Under the pieces are notes generated by a model that was given only the letters and a program-made list of their open reading frames with translations, searched no databases and was not told where the DNA came from. DNA of 64,000 nucleotides from a virus: the IMG/VR virus record IMGVR_UViG_3300035698_018475, positions 32,001-96,000 of that record. One strand, written 5' to 3'. Below are positions 46,530-56,344 of this stretch, one piece after another (the first letter of the stretch is position 1; every line of letters begins with the position of its first letter). A program made the position numbers and the translations under genes.

Positions 46530-47296
46530 GAAGAAAGCAGAGAAGATCTGTTAAGAACCTCTGTTCTACCAGATCCAGATCTTCACTACTCCAGGATATG
46601 TCCAAAGTAGGAATAGGTATTTGTACTTATAACAGATTAGGACCATTGGTCAAACTGATAGATATGGTTCAATCTACCACTAAGGCCAGATTGGTTGTGG
46701 CAGATGATGGTAGTCAGGATGGGACTTCTGTTTTTCTGGGAGCCAGAAATATAGAGCACGTTACTGGGGAGAACCTGGGAGTTGCAGGTAATAAAAATAG
46801 GTTGTTCCAAGCATTGAAGAATCACGATTTCATTTTTATATTGGAAGATGATGTTACAATTAAAATGAAAGGTTGGATAGAACCATATCTGGAGGCTCAT
46901 CAAAAGACTGGTATTCATCATTTTATATTCTGTCCACCAAGAAAATATGGATCTACTGGTCAAGTTTCAGAGATAAATAATGTGCGTATAGATCATCCTA
47001 GTCAAGATGGAGGGGTATTCAGTTTTTATACTAAGCAAGTGATTGAAACTTGTGGTGGAATGGATCCTAGGTTTGTAGGTTATAGTTTTGAACATTGTGA
47101 TTTCACTGAGAGAATCCACCGTGCGGGGCTTTCGGGAAGTTATGTACATAATCATCTTCCGGAGAGTGAGAGGTATATAAATTTTAATAAACTGCCTTCC
47201 ACTCTGGATAAGGGGAAGAAGAAGGAGTTCCAGGATCATAACCTTGGTCTTTGGATGGACAATAGGAATAGAGGAGTAGTGAAGACCTTACTTTAA
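46496..47296 (+). CDS. Glycosyltransferase family 2 (start ATG 46496 or 46598)
   Basis: GICTYNR, VVADDGSQD, NLGVAGNKN, LEDD, GYSFEHCDF. Confidence 0.88.
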   Translation: MVTHTRPRRAVRRKQRRSVKNLCSTRSRSSLLQDMSKVGIGICTYNRLGPLVKLIDMVQSTTKARLVVADDGSQDGTSVFLGARNIEHVTGENLGVAGNKNRLFQALKNHDFIFILEDDVTIKMKGWIEPYLEAHQKTGIHHFIFCPPRKYGSTGQVSEINNVRIDHPSQDGGVFSFYTKQVIETCGGMDPRFVGYSFEHCDFTERIHRAGLSGSYVHNHLPESERYINFNKLPSTLDKGKKKEFQDHNLGLWMDNRNRGVVKTLL

Positions 47297-47311
47297 GATG
47301 GGAGAACCAAT

Positions 47312-47605
47312 ATGTGGGAAAAGATTTGGGATACCTTAGAAGAGTTTAAGAAGGTAGTATGGTTACTATATGTGATATCTTTTGTATCTGTAATGATATT
47401 TGCATTTAAGTGTGATGGTTATTTGCCTCTTGGTATTGTGGTATTTCTTGGTGGTTTAATATTTTGTCTTTTATTTTCTTGCCATATACTATCAGGTGAT
47501 TTAGGTTATGAGGAATTCTGTATAAAATTGGTATTATTATTTCTTTGTGCAATTGCTACTGCGGTCATTGCAGTGGTACTCGCAAGTAAGGGTAATGGGA
47601 GTTAA
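47312..47605 (+). CDS. Small membrane protein (about 3 TM segments)
   Basis: Long hydrophobic stretches; GGGAG RBS. Confidence 0.65.
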   Translation: MWEKIWDTLEEFKKVVWLLYVISFVSVMIFAFKCDGYLPLGIVVFLGGLIFCLLFSCHILSGDLGYEEFCIKLVLLFLCAIATAVIAVVLASKGNGS

Positions 47606-47607
47606 AT

Positions 47608-48609
47608 ATGAAAGTACTTATAACAGGAATAACCGGGTTTGTAGGAAGTCACTTGTTGGACTACCTTCTAACTATGCCATATATGGAGATTCATGGTTTT
47701 AGCCGTTGGAGGTCTCCTTTAGACAATATCTGGCATTGTAAAGATCAGATAATGTGTAACCTTCATATGGGGGACTTACTGGATATTTGTTCTATAGAGA
47801 AGTGTATTGAGGAGGTAAAACCAGATATCATATTTCATCTGGCTGCACAGTCTTATGTTCCCTACAGTTTCACAGCACCAATATCCACCATGGAAGTTAA
47901 TAGTGAGGGAACTTTTAATCTTCTTGAAGTGGTGAGACGTATTAGAGATAGATCAAATGGTAAATTTGATCCTGTGATTCATATATGTTCATCTTCTGAA
48001 GTATATGGACAGGTCAAAGAAGAAGATATTCCTATAACAGAGGACCAACTATTTAATCCTGCTTCTCCCTACGGAGTGTCCAAAGTGGCACAAGATATGT
48101 GGGCATTACAATTCTTTACTTCTTATGGGTTGAAAACTATGAGGACCAGGATGTTTACTCACACCGGTCCCAGGAGAGGTTCAGTATTTGTCTTATCTGA
48201 TTTTGCTATGCAGTTGGTTCGTATTGAAAAGCAATTACAAAAGAGAAAAGTTTATGTGGGTAATTTAGATAGCTTACGAACTTTTGCTGATGTGAGAGAT
48301 GCAGTGAAGGCCTATTGGTTGTTAGTCACCAAGTGTCAGTATGGGGAAGCATATAATATAGGAGGAGAAACTACAATAACTGTAAGAGAGATGCTTATGT
48401 GGTTGATAGATGTATCTGGTCTTGTAAATATTCATATAGTAAAAGAACAAAAAAGACTCCGTCCCTCTGATGTTACTAATCAAGTTCCTTGTTCAGATAA
48501 GTTCAAAGAAGCGACTGGGTGGGAACCAGAAATTCCATTTGAAACAACTTTAATAGATACTCTTGACTATTGGAGAAAGTTATATGATGCAAAATCAGGT
48601 CCAGTGTGA
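47608..48609 (+). CDS. gmd: GDP-mannose 4,6-dehydratase family
   Basis: ITGITGFVGSHL, HLAAQSYV, SSSEVYG, PASPYGVSK, GNLDSLRTFADVRD. Confidence 0.88.
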   Translation: MKVLITGITGFVGSHLLDYLLTMPYMEIHGFSRWRSPLDNIWHCKDQIMCNLHMGDLLDICSIEKCIEEVKPDIIFHLAAQSYVPYSFTAPISTMEVNSEGTFNLLEVVRRIRDRSNGKFDPVIHICSSSEVYGQVKEEDIPITEDQLFNPASPYGVSKVAQDMWALQFFTSYGLKTMRTRMFTHTGPRRGSVFVLSDFAMQLVRIEKQLQKRKVYVGNLDSLRTFADVRDAVKAYWLLVTKCQYGEAYNIGGETTITVREMLMWLIDVSGLVNIHIVKEQKRLRPSDVTNQVPCSDKFKEATGWEPEIPFETTLIDTLDYWRKLYDAKSGPV

Positions 48610-49552
48610 TTTATACACGAAGATGTTTCTTTGTCGGTATGTGGAAGAAGTTATCCAGAGGGAGTACTTTGATGATGAAATGAAAACCCCTATGCATATG
48701 TCGATGGGGAGTGAGCATATAGCTGCCGGGTTGTGTCAAGCTCTGGGAGATAGAGGGAGAGTGTTTGGTACTTACCGCTCTCATGCTTTGTACCTCGCTC
48801 GTACTGGAGATACTGATGGGTTCTTCGCTGAGATGTATGGTAAGCAAACTGGGTGCTGCAGGGGAAAAGCTGGGTCCATGCACTTAAATAATCCTAGGTT
48901 AGGTTTCATGGGAGCCTCGGCAATTGTTGGTAGTATTATTCCAGTAGCAGTGGGGTATGCATATAGTAACTTAAAACAAGGTATAAATGACATCACTGCA
49001 GTTTGCTTCGGGGATGGTGCTACAAACGAAGGTACTTTCTGGGAGAGTTTGAATCTTGCCTGTGTTAAGAAACTTCCAATTCTGTTTGTTTTGGAAGATA
49101 ATGATTTAGCAGTTCATACTTCTAAATGTGAGAGAGATGGGTATGATTTAAGAGATGTAATTAAAGGATTTAACTGTGTATCTAATCAATCTAGCTGGAC
49201 AGGAGTTGATAGAGTATATGATATTGTTTGTTCTTGTTTATCTGAGATGAAAGAAAAAGGTGAACCTGGATTTTTAGATTTTAAGTACTATCGTTATTTG
49301 GAGCATGTTGGGGTCAAAACCGATTTTGATAAGGGGTATCGTTCAGAAAATGGGTATAAGAAATGGTTGGAGAGAGATCCACTTATGCTATGGAGAAAAA
49401 AATTACAGGAAGATTTTGGTTTTCACCCTGACCACTTATTAGCAATCGAACTAGAAGTTACAAATAAGGTGGAAGTGAGTTTACAAAAGGCAAAGGAAGC
49501 CCCTTTTAGTCCTGTACAAGAACTTTATGCTGGAGTATATTATGACGAGTAA
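48584..49552 (+). CDS. TPP-dependent dehydrogenase E1 alpha-like subunit
   Basis: YRSH, GKAGSMH, GDGATNEG...N TPP motif, YRYLEHVG, RDPL. Confidence 0.9.
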   Translation: MMQNQVQCDLYTKMFLCRYVEEVIQREYFDDEMKTPMHMSMGSEHIAAGLCQALGDRGRVFGTYRSHALYLARTGDTDGFFAEMYGKQTGCCRGKAGSMHLNNPRLGFMGASAIVGSIIPVAVGYAYSNLKQGINDITAVCFGDGATNEGTFWESLNLACVKKLPILFVLEDNDLAVHTSKCERDGYDLRDVIKGFNCVSNQSSWTGVDRVYDIVCSCLSEMKEKGEPGFLDFKYYRYLEHVGVKTDFDKGYRSENGYKKWLERDPLMLWRKKLQEDFGFHPDHLLAIELEVTNKVEVSLQKAKEAPFSPVQELYAGVYYDE

Positions 49553-50591
49553 TAGATCAATTACTTACTGTCAAGCAATAAGTGAAGCCACTCATCAGGC
49601 AATGGAGAGAGATCCCAAGGTATTTCTATATGGTATAGGAGTACCGGATCATACTCAAATATATGATAGTATAAAAGGTGTGGTAGATACCTTTGGGGAG
49701 GAACGATGTATGGATGTTCCTCTTTGTGAAGATACCTTGGCCGGGTTTGGTTTAGGTGCCGCTCTTGGTGGACTTAAGCCTGTGTTTATCAACATAAGAG
49801 TCGATTTTCTTCTTCTGGCTATGAATCAGTTGGCCAAAACAATATCCAGTTATAGGTACAATTCTGGGGAAGAATTAGAAGTACCACTTGTTATTCGTGT
49901 TCTTATAGGGAGGGGATGGGGACAGGGATGTCAGCATTCTAAGAGTTGCCAATCTTTGTTTGCACATATACCGGGATTGAAAGTGGTAATGCCCACTACT
50001 CCAAGAGATGCCAAAGGATTGTTCCTAGCGGCACTGGAAGATAAAAATCCTGTCATTATCCTGGAACACCGGTGGTTGTATTGGCAAGAGGGTATGGTCG
50101 AGGAAGAACCATTTATTACTCCGATAGGACAGGGGGAGGTCCTAAAGGAAGGGATTGATATTACAGTAGTAGCTACTTCATGGATGAATGTGGAGGCAAT
50201 TCATGCGGCTAACATTTTGGAGAAGCATAATGTTAGTGTGGAAGTGGTGGATCCTAAATCGGTATATCCTTTGGATGAAGATATTATTTGTAATTCAGTT
50301 AATAAAACCAAGCATTGTATTGTGGCAGATTATGATTGGCACTTTTGTGGTTTTAGTGCAGAAATAGCTTCTGTGGTTAATAAGCAATGTTTTCATCGGT
50401 TGGAAAAACCAGTTACCAGGATAGGTTTTGCACCTACTCCTTGTCCTACTGCAAGACATTTGGAGAATGAGTTTTATCCAAATGCGATTACCATAATACA
50501 AGCAGTAGAAACTATGTTAGGACTTATTGAGATAGATCTGTCGAGTGAAGAATTCTATAGTCATGAGAAGAAGTTCAAAGGACCATTTTAA
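49542..50591 (+). CDS. TPP-dependent dehydrogenase E1 beta-like (transketolase-C) subunit
   Basis: DVPLCE, GLKPV, QHS, PGLKVVMP, NPVIILEHRWLY, VEVVDPKSVYPLD. Confidence 0.9.
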   Translation: MTSNRSITYCQAISEATHQAMERDPKVFLYGIGVPDHTQIYDSIKGVVDTFGEERCMDVPLCEDTLAGFGLGAALGGLKPVFINIRVDFLLLAMNQLAKTISSYRYNSGEELEVPLVIRVLIGRGWGQGCQHSKSCQSLFAHIPGLKVVMPTTPRDAKGLFLAALEDKNPVIILEHRWLYWQEGMVEEEPFITPIGQGEVLKEGIDITVVATSWMNVEAIHAANILEKHNVSVEVVDPKSVYPLDEDIICNSVNKTKHCIVADYDWHFCGFSAEIASVVNKQCFHRLEKPVTRIGFAPTPCPTARHLENEFYPNAITIIQAVETMLGLIEIDLSSEEFYSHEKKFKGPF

Positions 50592-50606
50592 TTGAGGTGA
50601 TTAGAG

Positions 50607-51314
50607 ATGTGTTGGCATGACAGAATAGCATATGAACAGATTCATCAAATAGCTTATGACTTTGGGATCTCTGTTTTTATTGAAACCGGTACCTTCAAAG
50701 GAGTGAATGCTAAGTTTCAATCAAAGAATTTTAAGACTGTAATATCTTGTGAGATCAATAAGACTTATTTTGAAGCAGCAAAAGAGCGGACAAAGAATTG
50801 TCAAAACGTACATCTACTTAATGACAGTAGTGTACAGTTCCTTGCAATGTTTACAGCTTTATATAATGCGGCTGAGAGAGAAGATATTGTATTTATTTAT
50901 CTGGATGCACACTTTTATGATCCTAACCTCCCGAAGGAGAAGAGATGGGTTGTTATTGAAGAGTTGAAGGCCCTACAAGGATTTCACAATTGTATTATCT
51001 GCATTCATGACTTTCATTGCAACGGATTAGGAGGTTTAACTTATGATAATATTCCTCTTGATTTTGATCTGATAAAGGACTATATTTATAAAGTTAATGA
51101 AAACTTTTGGTTGTATTGTAATACAAAAGAGAGTTGTGAGATACACACTGAACAATCAATCATAGGAGTTCCGGGACTAGAGGCTGATGAAGAGACCGTG
51201 GATAATATAAGGTTCTCCCATACTACTGAAGCCAGGAAGTATCGTGGTATGCTATATTGTGTACCATCTTCATTAGATCTTTCAAGATATCAATTAAGGA
51301 GTTTTAGAGAATGA
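50607..51314 (+). CDS. Class I SAM-dependent methyltransferase-like
   Basis: FIETGTFKG, ISCEI, DS..FL, IYLDAH, IHDF. Confidence 0.75.
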   Translation: MCWHDRIAYEQIHQIAYDFGISVFIETGTFKGVNAKFQSKNFKTVISCEINKTYFEAAKERTKNCQNVHLLNDSSVQFLAMFTALYNAAEREDIVFIYLDAHFYDPNLPKEKRWVVIEELKALQGFHNCIICIHDFHCNGLGGLTYDNIPLDFDLIKDYIYKVNENFWLYCNTKESCEIHTEQSIIGVPGLEADEETVDNIRFSHTTEARKYRGMLYCVPSSLDLSRYQLRSFRE

Positions 51315-52027
51315 GTGATCCAGTGATTAGTTTAATAGCAACAGCTATACACACAGAGTTTTGGCAGCAACTTCATGCAGATTTAAGTAATGGTAATACT
51401 ATACCGTTTGAAATGGTATTTGTAGGGCATACTCCACCAACCTTTCCTCTACCGGAAAACTTTATTTACATTCATAGTGAGGCCAAACCAGTTCAATGCC
51501 TGGAGACAGCCTGTAGGAATGCTAAAGGTGAGTATGTTATGATGGTTATGGATGATCAAACTCTACCTCCACAGATGTTGAATACTATGTATTCTTATGT
51601 TAAGCGTATGATTAGTGATAAAGCTAATGTTATGGCCAGGTTTGCTGATTCAGTGGAAGGTCCTCCAAGGGATCTTCTATTAGTGTATGATGTGTATAAT
51701 CCTGATTCTCCGGTTCTGGGTGTTAATTTTATTATCAGACGTAATCTTTGGCAAGAACTAGGAGGTTTGGATCGGCGATTTTATGCGTTCAAAGCAGATC
51801 TTGATCTGCAGATGAGAGTATATGAGGCTGGGGGGCATCCTTTTTTGGTTCCAAATTGTCTCGCCAGAGAAAAACCACGACCAGGTTCTCGATTGACCAA
51901 TACTTATAGTGCATCGGATAGTGCTACATTATACTCATTTTGGACACTTCCGGATGGGTCTGTCAGTAGGAAGCGTTTAGATGAAGTTCAAACTTTTACT
52001 GCTGAGGAGATTTCAATAGTAAGGTAG
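51311..52027 (+). CDS. GT2-fold glycosyltransferase, paralogue 1 of 9
   Basis: PVISLIA, FEMVFVG, KPVQC, MDD, GGLD..F...DLDLQMR. Confidence 0.75.
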   Translation: MSDPVISLIATAIHTEFWQQLHADLSNGNTIPFEMVFVGHTPPTFPLPENFIYIHSEAKPVQCLETACRNAKGEYVMMVMDDQTLPPQMLNTMYSYVKRMISDKANVMARFADSVEGPPRDLLLVYDVYNPDSPVLGVNFIIRRNLWQELGGLDRRFYAFKADLDLQMRVYEAGGHPFLVPNCLAREKPRPGSRLTNTYSASDSATLYSFWTLPDGSVSRKRLDEVQTFTAEEISIVR

Positions 52028-52039
52028 AAAGGTTTTATT

Positions 52040-52777
52040 ATGAGTGATCCTATTATTAGTGTAATAGCTACCGCAGTTCATACTGAGTTTTGGCAGCAAT
52101 TACATGCAAATTTAAGTAATGGTAATACCATACCATTTGAAATAGTATTTGTGGGGAATGTAAGACCAACCTTTGATCTACCAGAAAACTTCATATACAT
52201 CTGTAGTGGAGCCAAACCGGTTCAATGTTTGGAAACCGCTTGTAGGAATGCCAGGGGTGAGTTTGTTATGATCATAGCGGACGATCACTTACCTCCTCCA
52301 CAGATGTTGAATACTATGTATTCCTACGTACGTAGGATGATAAATAGCAAATGTGTTGTTGTGGCAAGATACATGGATGATATAGAGGACTGGATTCGTG
52401 ATGAATTACTAAGTTTTTATGTACATGGTGCCACTTTTATAGAGGTTAGTCCGGTTGTTGGAGTAAATACAGTCCTTCGGAGAAGTGTTTGGACTGAATT
52501 GGGTGGTTTAGATAAAAGGTTTATATCGGTAAAATCTGATCTTGACATGCAGATGAGGTTCTATGAAGCTGGGGGACATCCTTTTATTGTTCCCACCTGT
52601 ATAGTACGGGAAAGATCACATGATACACGTGATAGATTATTAGATGCAAGTGGGGATACAGATCTAGAGACTCTACGTACTCTTTGGATAAAGGATGATA
52701 TAATAAGTAGACAACGTTTAGGTAGTGTTCAATCTTTTACAAGTGATGAGATACCTATTGTTAGGGAGAGAAATTGA
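52040..52777 (+). CDS. GT2-fold glycosyltransferase, paralogue 2 of 9
   Basis: Same motifs (ADD, GGLDKRF, DLDMQMR). Confidence 0.75.
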   Translation: MSDPIISVIATAVHTEFWQQLHANLSNGNTIPFEIVFVGNVRPTFDLPENFIYICSGAKPVQCLETACRNARGEFVMIIADDHLPPPQMLNTMYSYVRRMINSKCVVVARYMDDIEDWIRDELLSFYVHGATFIEVSPVVGVNTVLRRSVWTELGGLDKRFISVKSDLDMQMRFYEAGGHPFIVPTCIVRERSHDTRDRLLDASGDTDLETLRTLWIKDDIISRQRLGSVQSFTSDEIPIVRERN

Positions 52778-53496
52778 TGAGTACTCCAGTTATTAGTGTC
52801 ATAGCTTCAGCAATTTTTACACAATACTGGGAAGAACTATATGAGCAATTATCTCATAAGAACAAAATACCTTTTGAGATAGTATTTGTGGGAAATGTAA
52901 GACCAATCTTTCCTCTACCAGAAAACTTCATTCATATCTATAGCGAAACCAAACCGGTTCAGTGTTATGAGATAGCTGCTAGGAATGCTAAAGGGAAATT
53001 CTTAATGACTTGTCAAGACGATTTAGTGTTTCCCGAAAAGTTTCTGAATGTCATGTATATGTATCTAGTTCGTATGCCTAATCCAGCGAAGATAGTTCTA
53101 ACGCCAAGATTTAGTGATCGTTTGGATGGTCCACCACAAGATCAGTTGTTGAGTATATATCCAAACGATCTTGAATCGCCTATAGCAGGCGTTGGGACAA
53201 TTTATAATCGACAATTATGGTATGATCTGGGAGGGTTGGATAGAAGATTTAACTTATTATTCTACGACCTTGATATGATGATGAGGATATATGAAGCTGG
53301 GGGACATCCTTTTATTGTTCCCAGTTGTATTGTTCGAGAACGACTACGTGGTGATCGGCCAAGGTTGATTGATGACTATCATCCGGATAGAAAATTATTG
53401 TATGCACTTTGGTTATTACCCAGCGATAAGCTTAGTAAGACACGATTACTACCTCTTGAACCCTTTGGAAAAAATGAGATTTCAATAGTGAGGTAG
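52777..53496 (+). CDS. GT2-fold glycosyltransferase, paralogue 3 of 9
   Basis: Same motifs (QDD, GGLDRRF, DLDMMMR). Confidence 0.75.
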   Translation: MSTPVISVIASAIFTQYWEELYEQLSHKNKIPFEIVFVGNVRPIFPLPENFIHIYSETKPVQCYEIAARNAKGKFLMTCQDDLVFPEKFLNVMYMYLVRMPNPAKIVLTPRFSDRLDGPPQDQLLSIYPNDLESPIAGVGTIYNRQLWYDLGGLDRRFNLLFYDLDMMMRIYEAGGHPFIVPSCIVRERLRGDRPRLIDDYHPDRKLLYALWLLPSDKLSKTRLLPLEPFGKNEISIVR

Positions 53497-53498
53497 AT

Positions 53499-54287
53499 AT
53501 GGATTTAGATCTAGAAGGTAAGAGAGCAATAGTTACTGGTGGAAGTCATGGTATTGGCAGGGCCATATGTATAGCTCTGGCGGAAGAAGGATGTAATGTG
53601 GTTGTATGGGGAAAAACAGCAGAGCATGTTAAGGAAGTGGGAGATAGTTTACATAAGAAGTTAAGTGTAGATGTGGATCATCTGGGAATAGTTTGTGATG
53701 TTATGGATCGGATGGATGTTGATTCTAAAATTGATGCGATTAAAAGAAAATGGCAGGGAGTAGATATAGTTATAAATAATGTAGGTGGTGGAGGTAGGTG
53801 GGGATCCCCACTCTATGAAGAAACTCCCGTACATATATGGGAAGAAGTTTATAAGAAGAACGTGCTAACAGCAGTTAAATTTACTAATACCTTTCTTCCT
53901 GGGATGATAGAAAACAAGTGGGGAAGAATTATAAATATAGCTTCTATGTATGGAAAAGAGGGAGGAGGAAGACCCTGGTTTTGTTGTGCAAAGAGTACAA
54001 TGATAGCTATGATGAAAAGTATGTCCAAAGAGAAGGAATATGCTAAGAGGAATATAACCTTTAATAGTGTAGCTCCCGGAAATATCTTGATTCCTGATAC
54101 TGGATGGGATAAAATACAAAAAGATGACAAAAAGTTATTTGAAGAAGAAGTGAGTAAAATACCTATTGGTAGAATGGGTACTGTAGAAGAAGTAGCGTCA
54201 ATTGTTACTTTCTTATGTTCTGATAGAGCTTCATTTATAAATGGAGCTTGTATTAGTGTAGATGGTGGACAGAGTAACAGTTTTTGA
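53499..54287 (+). CDS. Short-chain dehydrogenase/reductase (classical SDR)
   Basis: VTGGSHGIG, INNVGG, IAS, FCCAK, NSVAPG, PIGRMG, VDGG. Confidence 0.9.
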   Translation: MDLDLEGKRAIVTGGSHGIGRAICIALAEEGCNVVVWGKTAEHVKEVGDSLHKKLSVDVDHLGIVCDVMDRMDVDSKIDAIKRKWQGVDIVINNVGGGGRWGSPLYEETPVHIWEEVYKKNVLTAVKFTNTFLPGMIENKWGRIINIASMYGKEGGGRPWFCCAKSTMIAMMKSMSKEKEYAKRNITFNSVAPGNILIPDTGWDKIQKDDKKLFEEEVSKIPIGRMGTVEEVASIVTFLCSDRASFINGACISVDGGQSNSF

Positions 54288-54301
54288 TAAGGAGTAATAC
54301 A

Positions 54302-55327
54302 ATGAGTAAGTTTAGGAGTAAAAGAGAATCTTCAGAGGAAGTACCGAAAGAGAAAATAGTTCCAAGAAAAGTTGTAAAATCTTCAAAAAAGGTTAATGAT
54401 AAGATTCAACTTTTTCATGTTGGAGGCGTTGGTAGTATAGGTCCAGCTGATGTACTTTTTGGTTTAGGACCAGATGGTATTCATCAGACTGTATTTGAAG
54501 CCAATAGTGAAGCACCACCTTCAAGTTCTCCCGTTCCCATTACACTTATTCCCAAGTGTTTGTGGAGTACTGAGAAAGAAATCGATTTTCATACCATGTG
54601 GAAACCCTTGGCTAGTAGTGTGTTTCGTGGAAGTAGGAAGAATAGAAAACTTCAACGAATGGATGTTGATAAGAGGTTAGTTGTGGAAGAAATGTGTCAT
54701 GTGGTAAAAACAGAGAGGTTGGCAGCAACTACTCTTGATAAACTAATTGAAGATAAAGAAGTACCCATCCCTGACTTTTTGAGTATGGATGTTCAAGGAG
54801 CTGAGTTGGATATTATGAAGGGTGCAACAAAAGCTTTTGAAACAGACTTATTGGGTGTTTGTACAGAGATGGAGTTTCAAGAGTTGTATGAAGGCCAACC
54901 TTTATTTGCTGATCAGGATGCTTTTCTGAGAGCAAATCAGTTTACTTTATGGAGTTTCTTTAATGAAGAGTATTGGTATCCTGGTATTGTAATGGCACAA
55001 GGAGCTCTTACGGTAGTTGAAGGCGTTTATTTCCGGGATATGAGTTGGTTTATCAAGAGGTATAAGGATGATAAGTGGTCTCTTCTTGAAAGACTACTTA
55101 AACTGGCTCTGGTAACCAAGCAGTTTGGTTTTATCTCTTATGCAGTCTCGATACTGGATTGGATTTCTTACCAGATCAATGATACATATGCAGAGTTTCA
55201 AGCAGATTATAGGTACGCTTGGTTTGCAAATTCTATAATTGCATACCATACTTCTATGTGTAATGAGAGAATACCTTTTGAACAGATTCCCTCATGGATG
55301 CAAGTACTGGGTAGGCCTTCCAAATAA
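54302..55327 (+). CDS. FkbM-family methyltransferase
   Basis: HVGG, FEAN, TTLD, FLSMDVQGAELDIMKG, ELYEGQPLF. Confidence 0.85.
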   Translation: MSKFRSKRESSEEVPKEKIVPRKVVKSSKKVNDKIQLFHVGGVGSIGPADVLFGLGPDGIHQTVFEANSEAPPSSSPVPITLIPKCLWSTEKEIDFHTMWKPLASSVFRGSRKNRKLQRMDVDKRLVVEEMCHVVKTERLAATTLDKLIEDKEVPIPDFLSMDVQGAELDIMKGATKAFETDLLGVCTEMEFQELYEGQPLFADQDAFLRANQFTLWSFFNEEYWYPGIVMAQGALTVVEGVYFRDMSWFIKRYKDDKWSLLERLLKLALVTKQFGFISYAVSILDWISYQINDTYAEFQADYRYAWFANSIIAYHTSMCNERIPFEQIPSWMQVLGRPSK

Positions 55328-55357
55328 AAAGTAATTGGAAGTAAGGAGTAAAATATA

Positions 55358-56344
55358 GTGTTAAATGCAGAGATATGTAATTATCTTAAGGGTAAGAATT
55401 GTTTGGTCACTGGTGGGACTGGTTTGATCGGCCGGCAGGTGGTGGAGTTGCTTGTTGGTTGTGGAGCAGAAGTTACTTCGGTTTCTTTGGATGATCTAAA
55501 ACTGAATGATAAGGTAACCTATGCTAAAATGGATCTATCTGGTTTTGAGGATTGTCTAGCTCTAACTTATAAGAAGGAGTGTGTATTTCATGTTGCTGGT
55601 ATAAAGGGTTCTGTCCAGGTAACCAAGGAAAAACCAGCAAGTTTCTTCGTACCACTTCTAATGATGAATACAAACATATTAGAAGCTTGTAGGATAAACG
55701 AAGTTTCGAAAGTGGTTTATACTAGTTCTGTAGGAGCTTATTCCAGTGCTGAAGTGTTTCAGGAAGTATATGCTTATGATGGGGTTCCTATGGATGAGTA
55801 CCCCGGTTGGGCCAAGAGGATGGCTGAACTACAAATACAGACTTATATGAAACAATATGGAATATGTAACTTTGCAATAGTTCGTCCGGCCAACATCTAT
55901 GGACCGGGGGATAACTTTGATCCTGATAATGCAATGGTGATTCCATCTCTTATAGCTAAGATAGTGCGGGGGGACGATCCTATTAAAATCTGGGGAGATG
56001 GGAAGGCCATAAGAGATTTTGCTTACAGTTTGGATGTGGCAGAAGGAATTATTCAAGCTTTGTATTATGGCACATTTGGTTCACCTATCAACCTTGGGAG
56101 TGGAGTAGGTGTAACTATAAGAACCTTGGTGGGAACTCTCCGTGAGATTGTGGAGTTTAATTATGAATTTGATGAAACAAAACCATCGGGTTATCCCAAG
56201 AGAGTTGTGGATATTTCTCATGCGAGAAGAAGATTAGATTATAATCCTTCTGTAAGTTTAAGGGAAGGTCTACAGGAAACTTACAATTGGTACAAAGAGT
56301 TTGGTAATCAAGAAGCAGATAAGAGAAAGAATTATTTCAAGTGA
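55358..56344 (+). CDS. NAD-dependent epimerase/reductase (GDP-fucose-synthase-like extended SDR)
   Basis: VTGGTGLIG, VRPANIYGPGDNFD, WGDGKAIRDF. Confidence 0.88.
   Translation: MLNAEICNYLKGKNCLVTGGTGLIGRQVVELLVGCGAEVTSVSLDDLKLNDKVTYAKMDLSGFEDCLALTYKKECVFHVAGIKGSVQVTKEKPASFFVPLLMMNTNILEACRINEVSKVVYTSSVGAYSSAEVFQEVYAYDGVPMDEYPGWAKRMAELQIQTYMKQYGICNFAIVRPANIYGPGDNFDPDNAMVIPSLIAKIVRGDDPIKIWGDGKAIRDFAYSLDVAEGIIQALYYGTFGSPINLGSGVGVTIRTLVGTLREIVEFNYEFDETKPSGYPKRVVDISHARRRLDYNPSVSLREGLQETYNWYKEFGNQEADKRKNYFK

Noticed and set aside
48584-50591. Pyruvate dehydrogenase auxiliary metabolic genes (pdhA/pdhB)
   Set aside because: No E2/E3 in the window and the pair is coupled to gmd inside a sugar cluster; a sugar-tailoring role is more likely, so no gene symbols were assigned.
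2552-53937. T4 late promoters (TATAAATA)
   Set aside because: The occurrences noticed (about 2552, 25814, 27851, 40011, 53930) are mostly inside coding sequence, not consistently upstream of genes.
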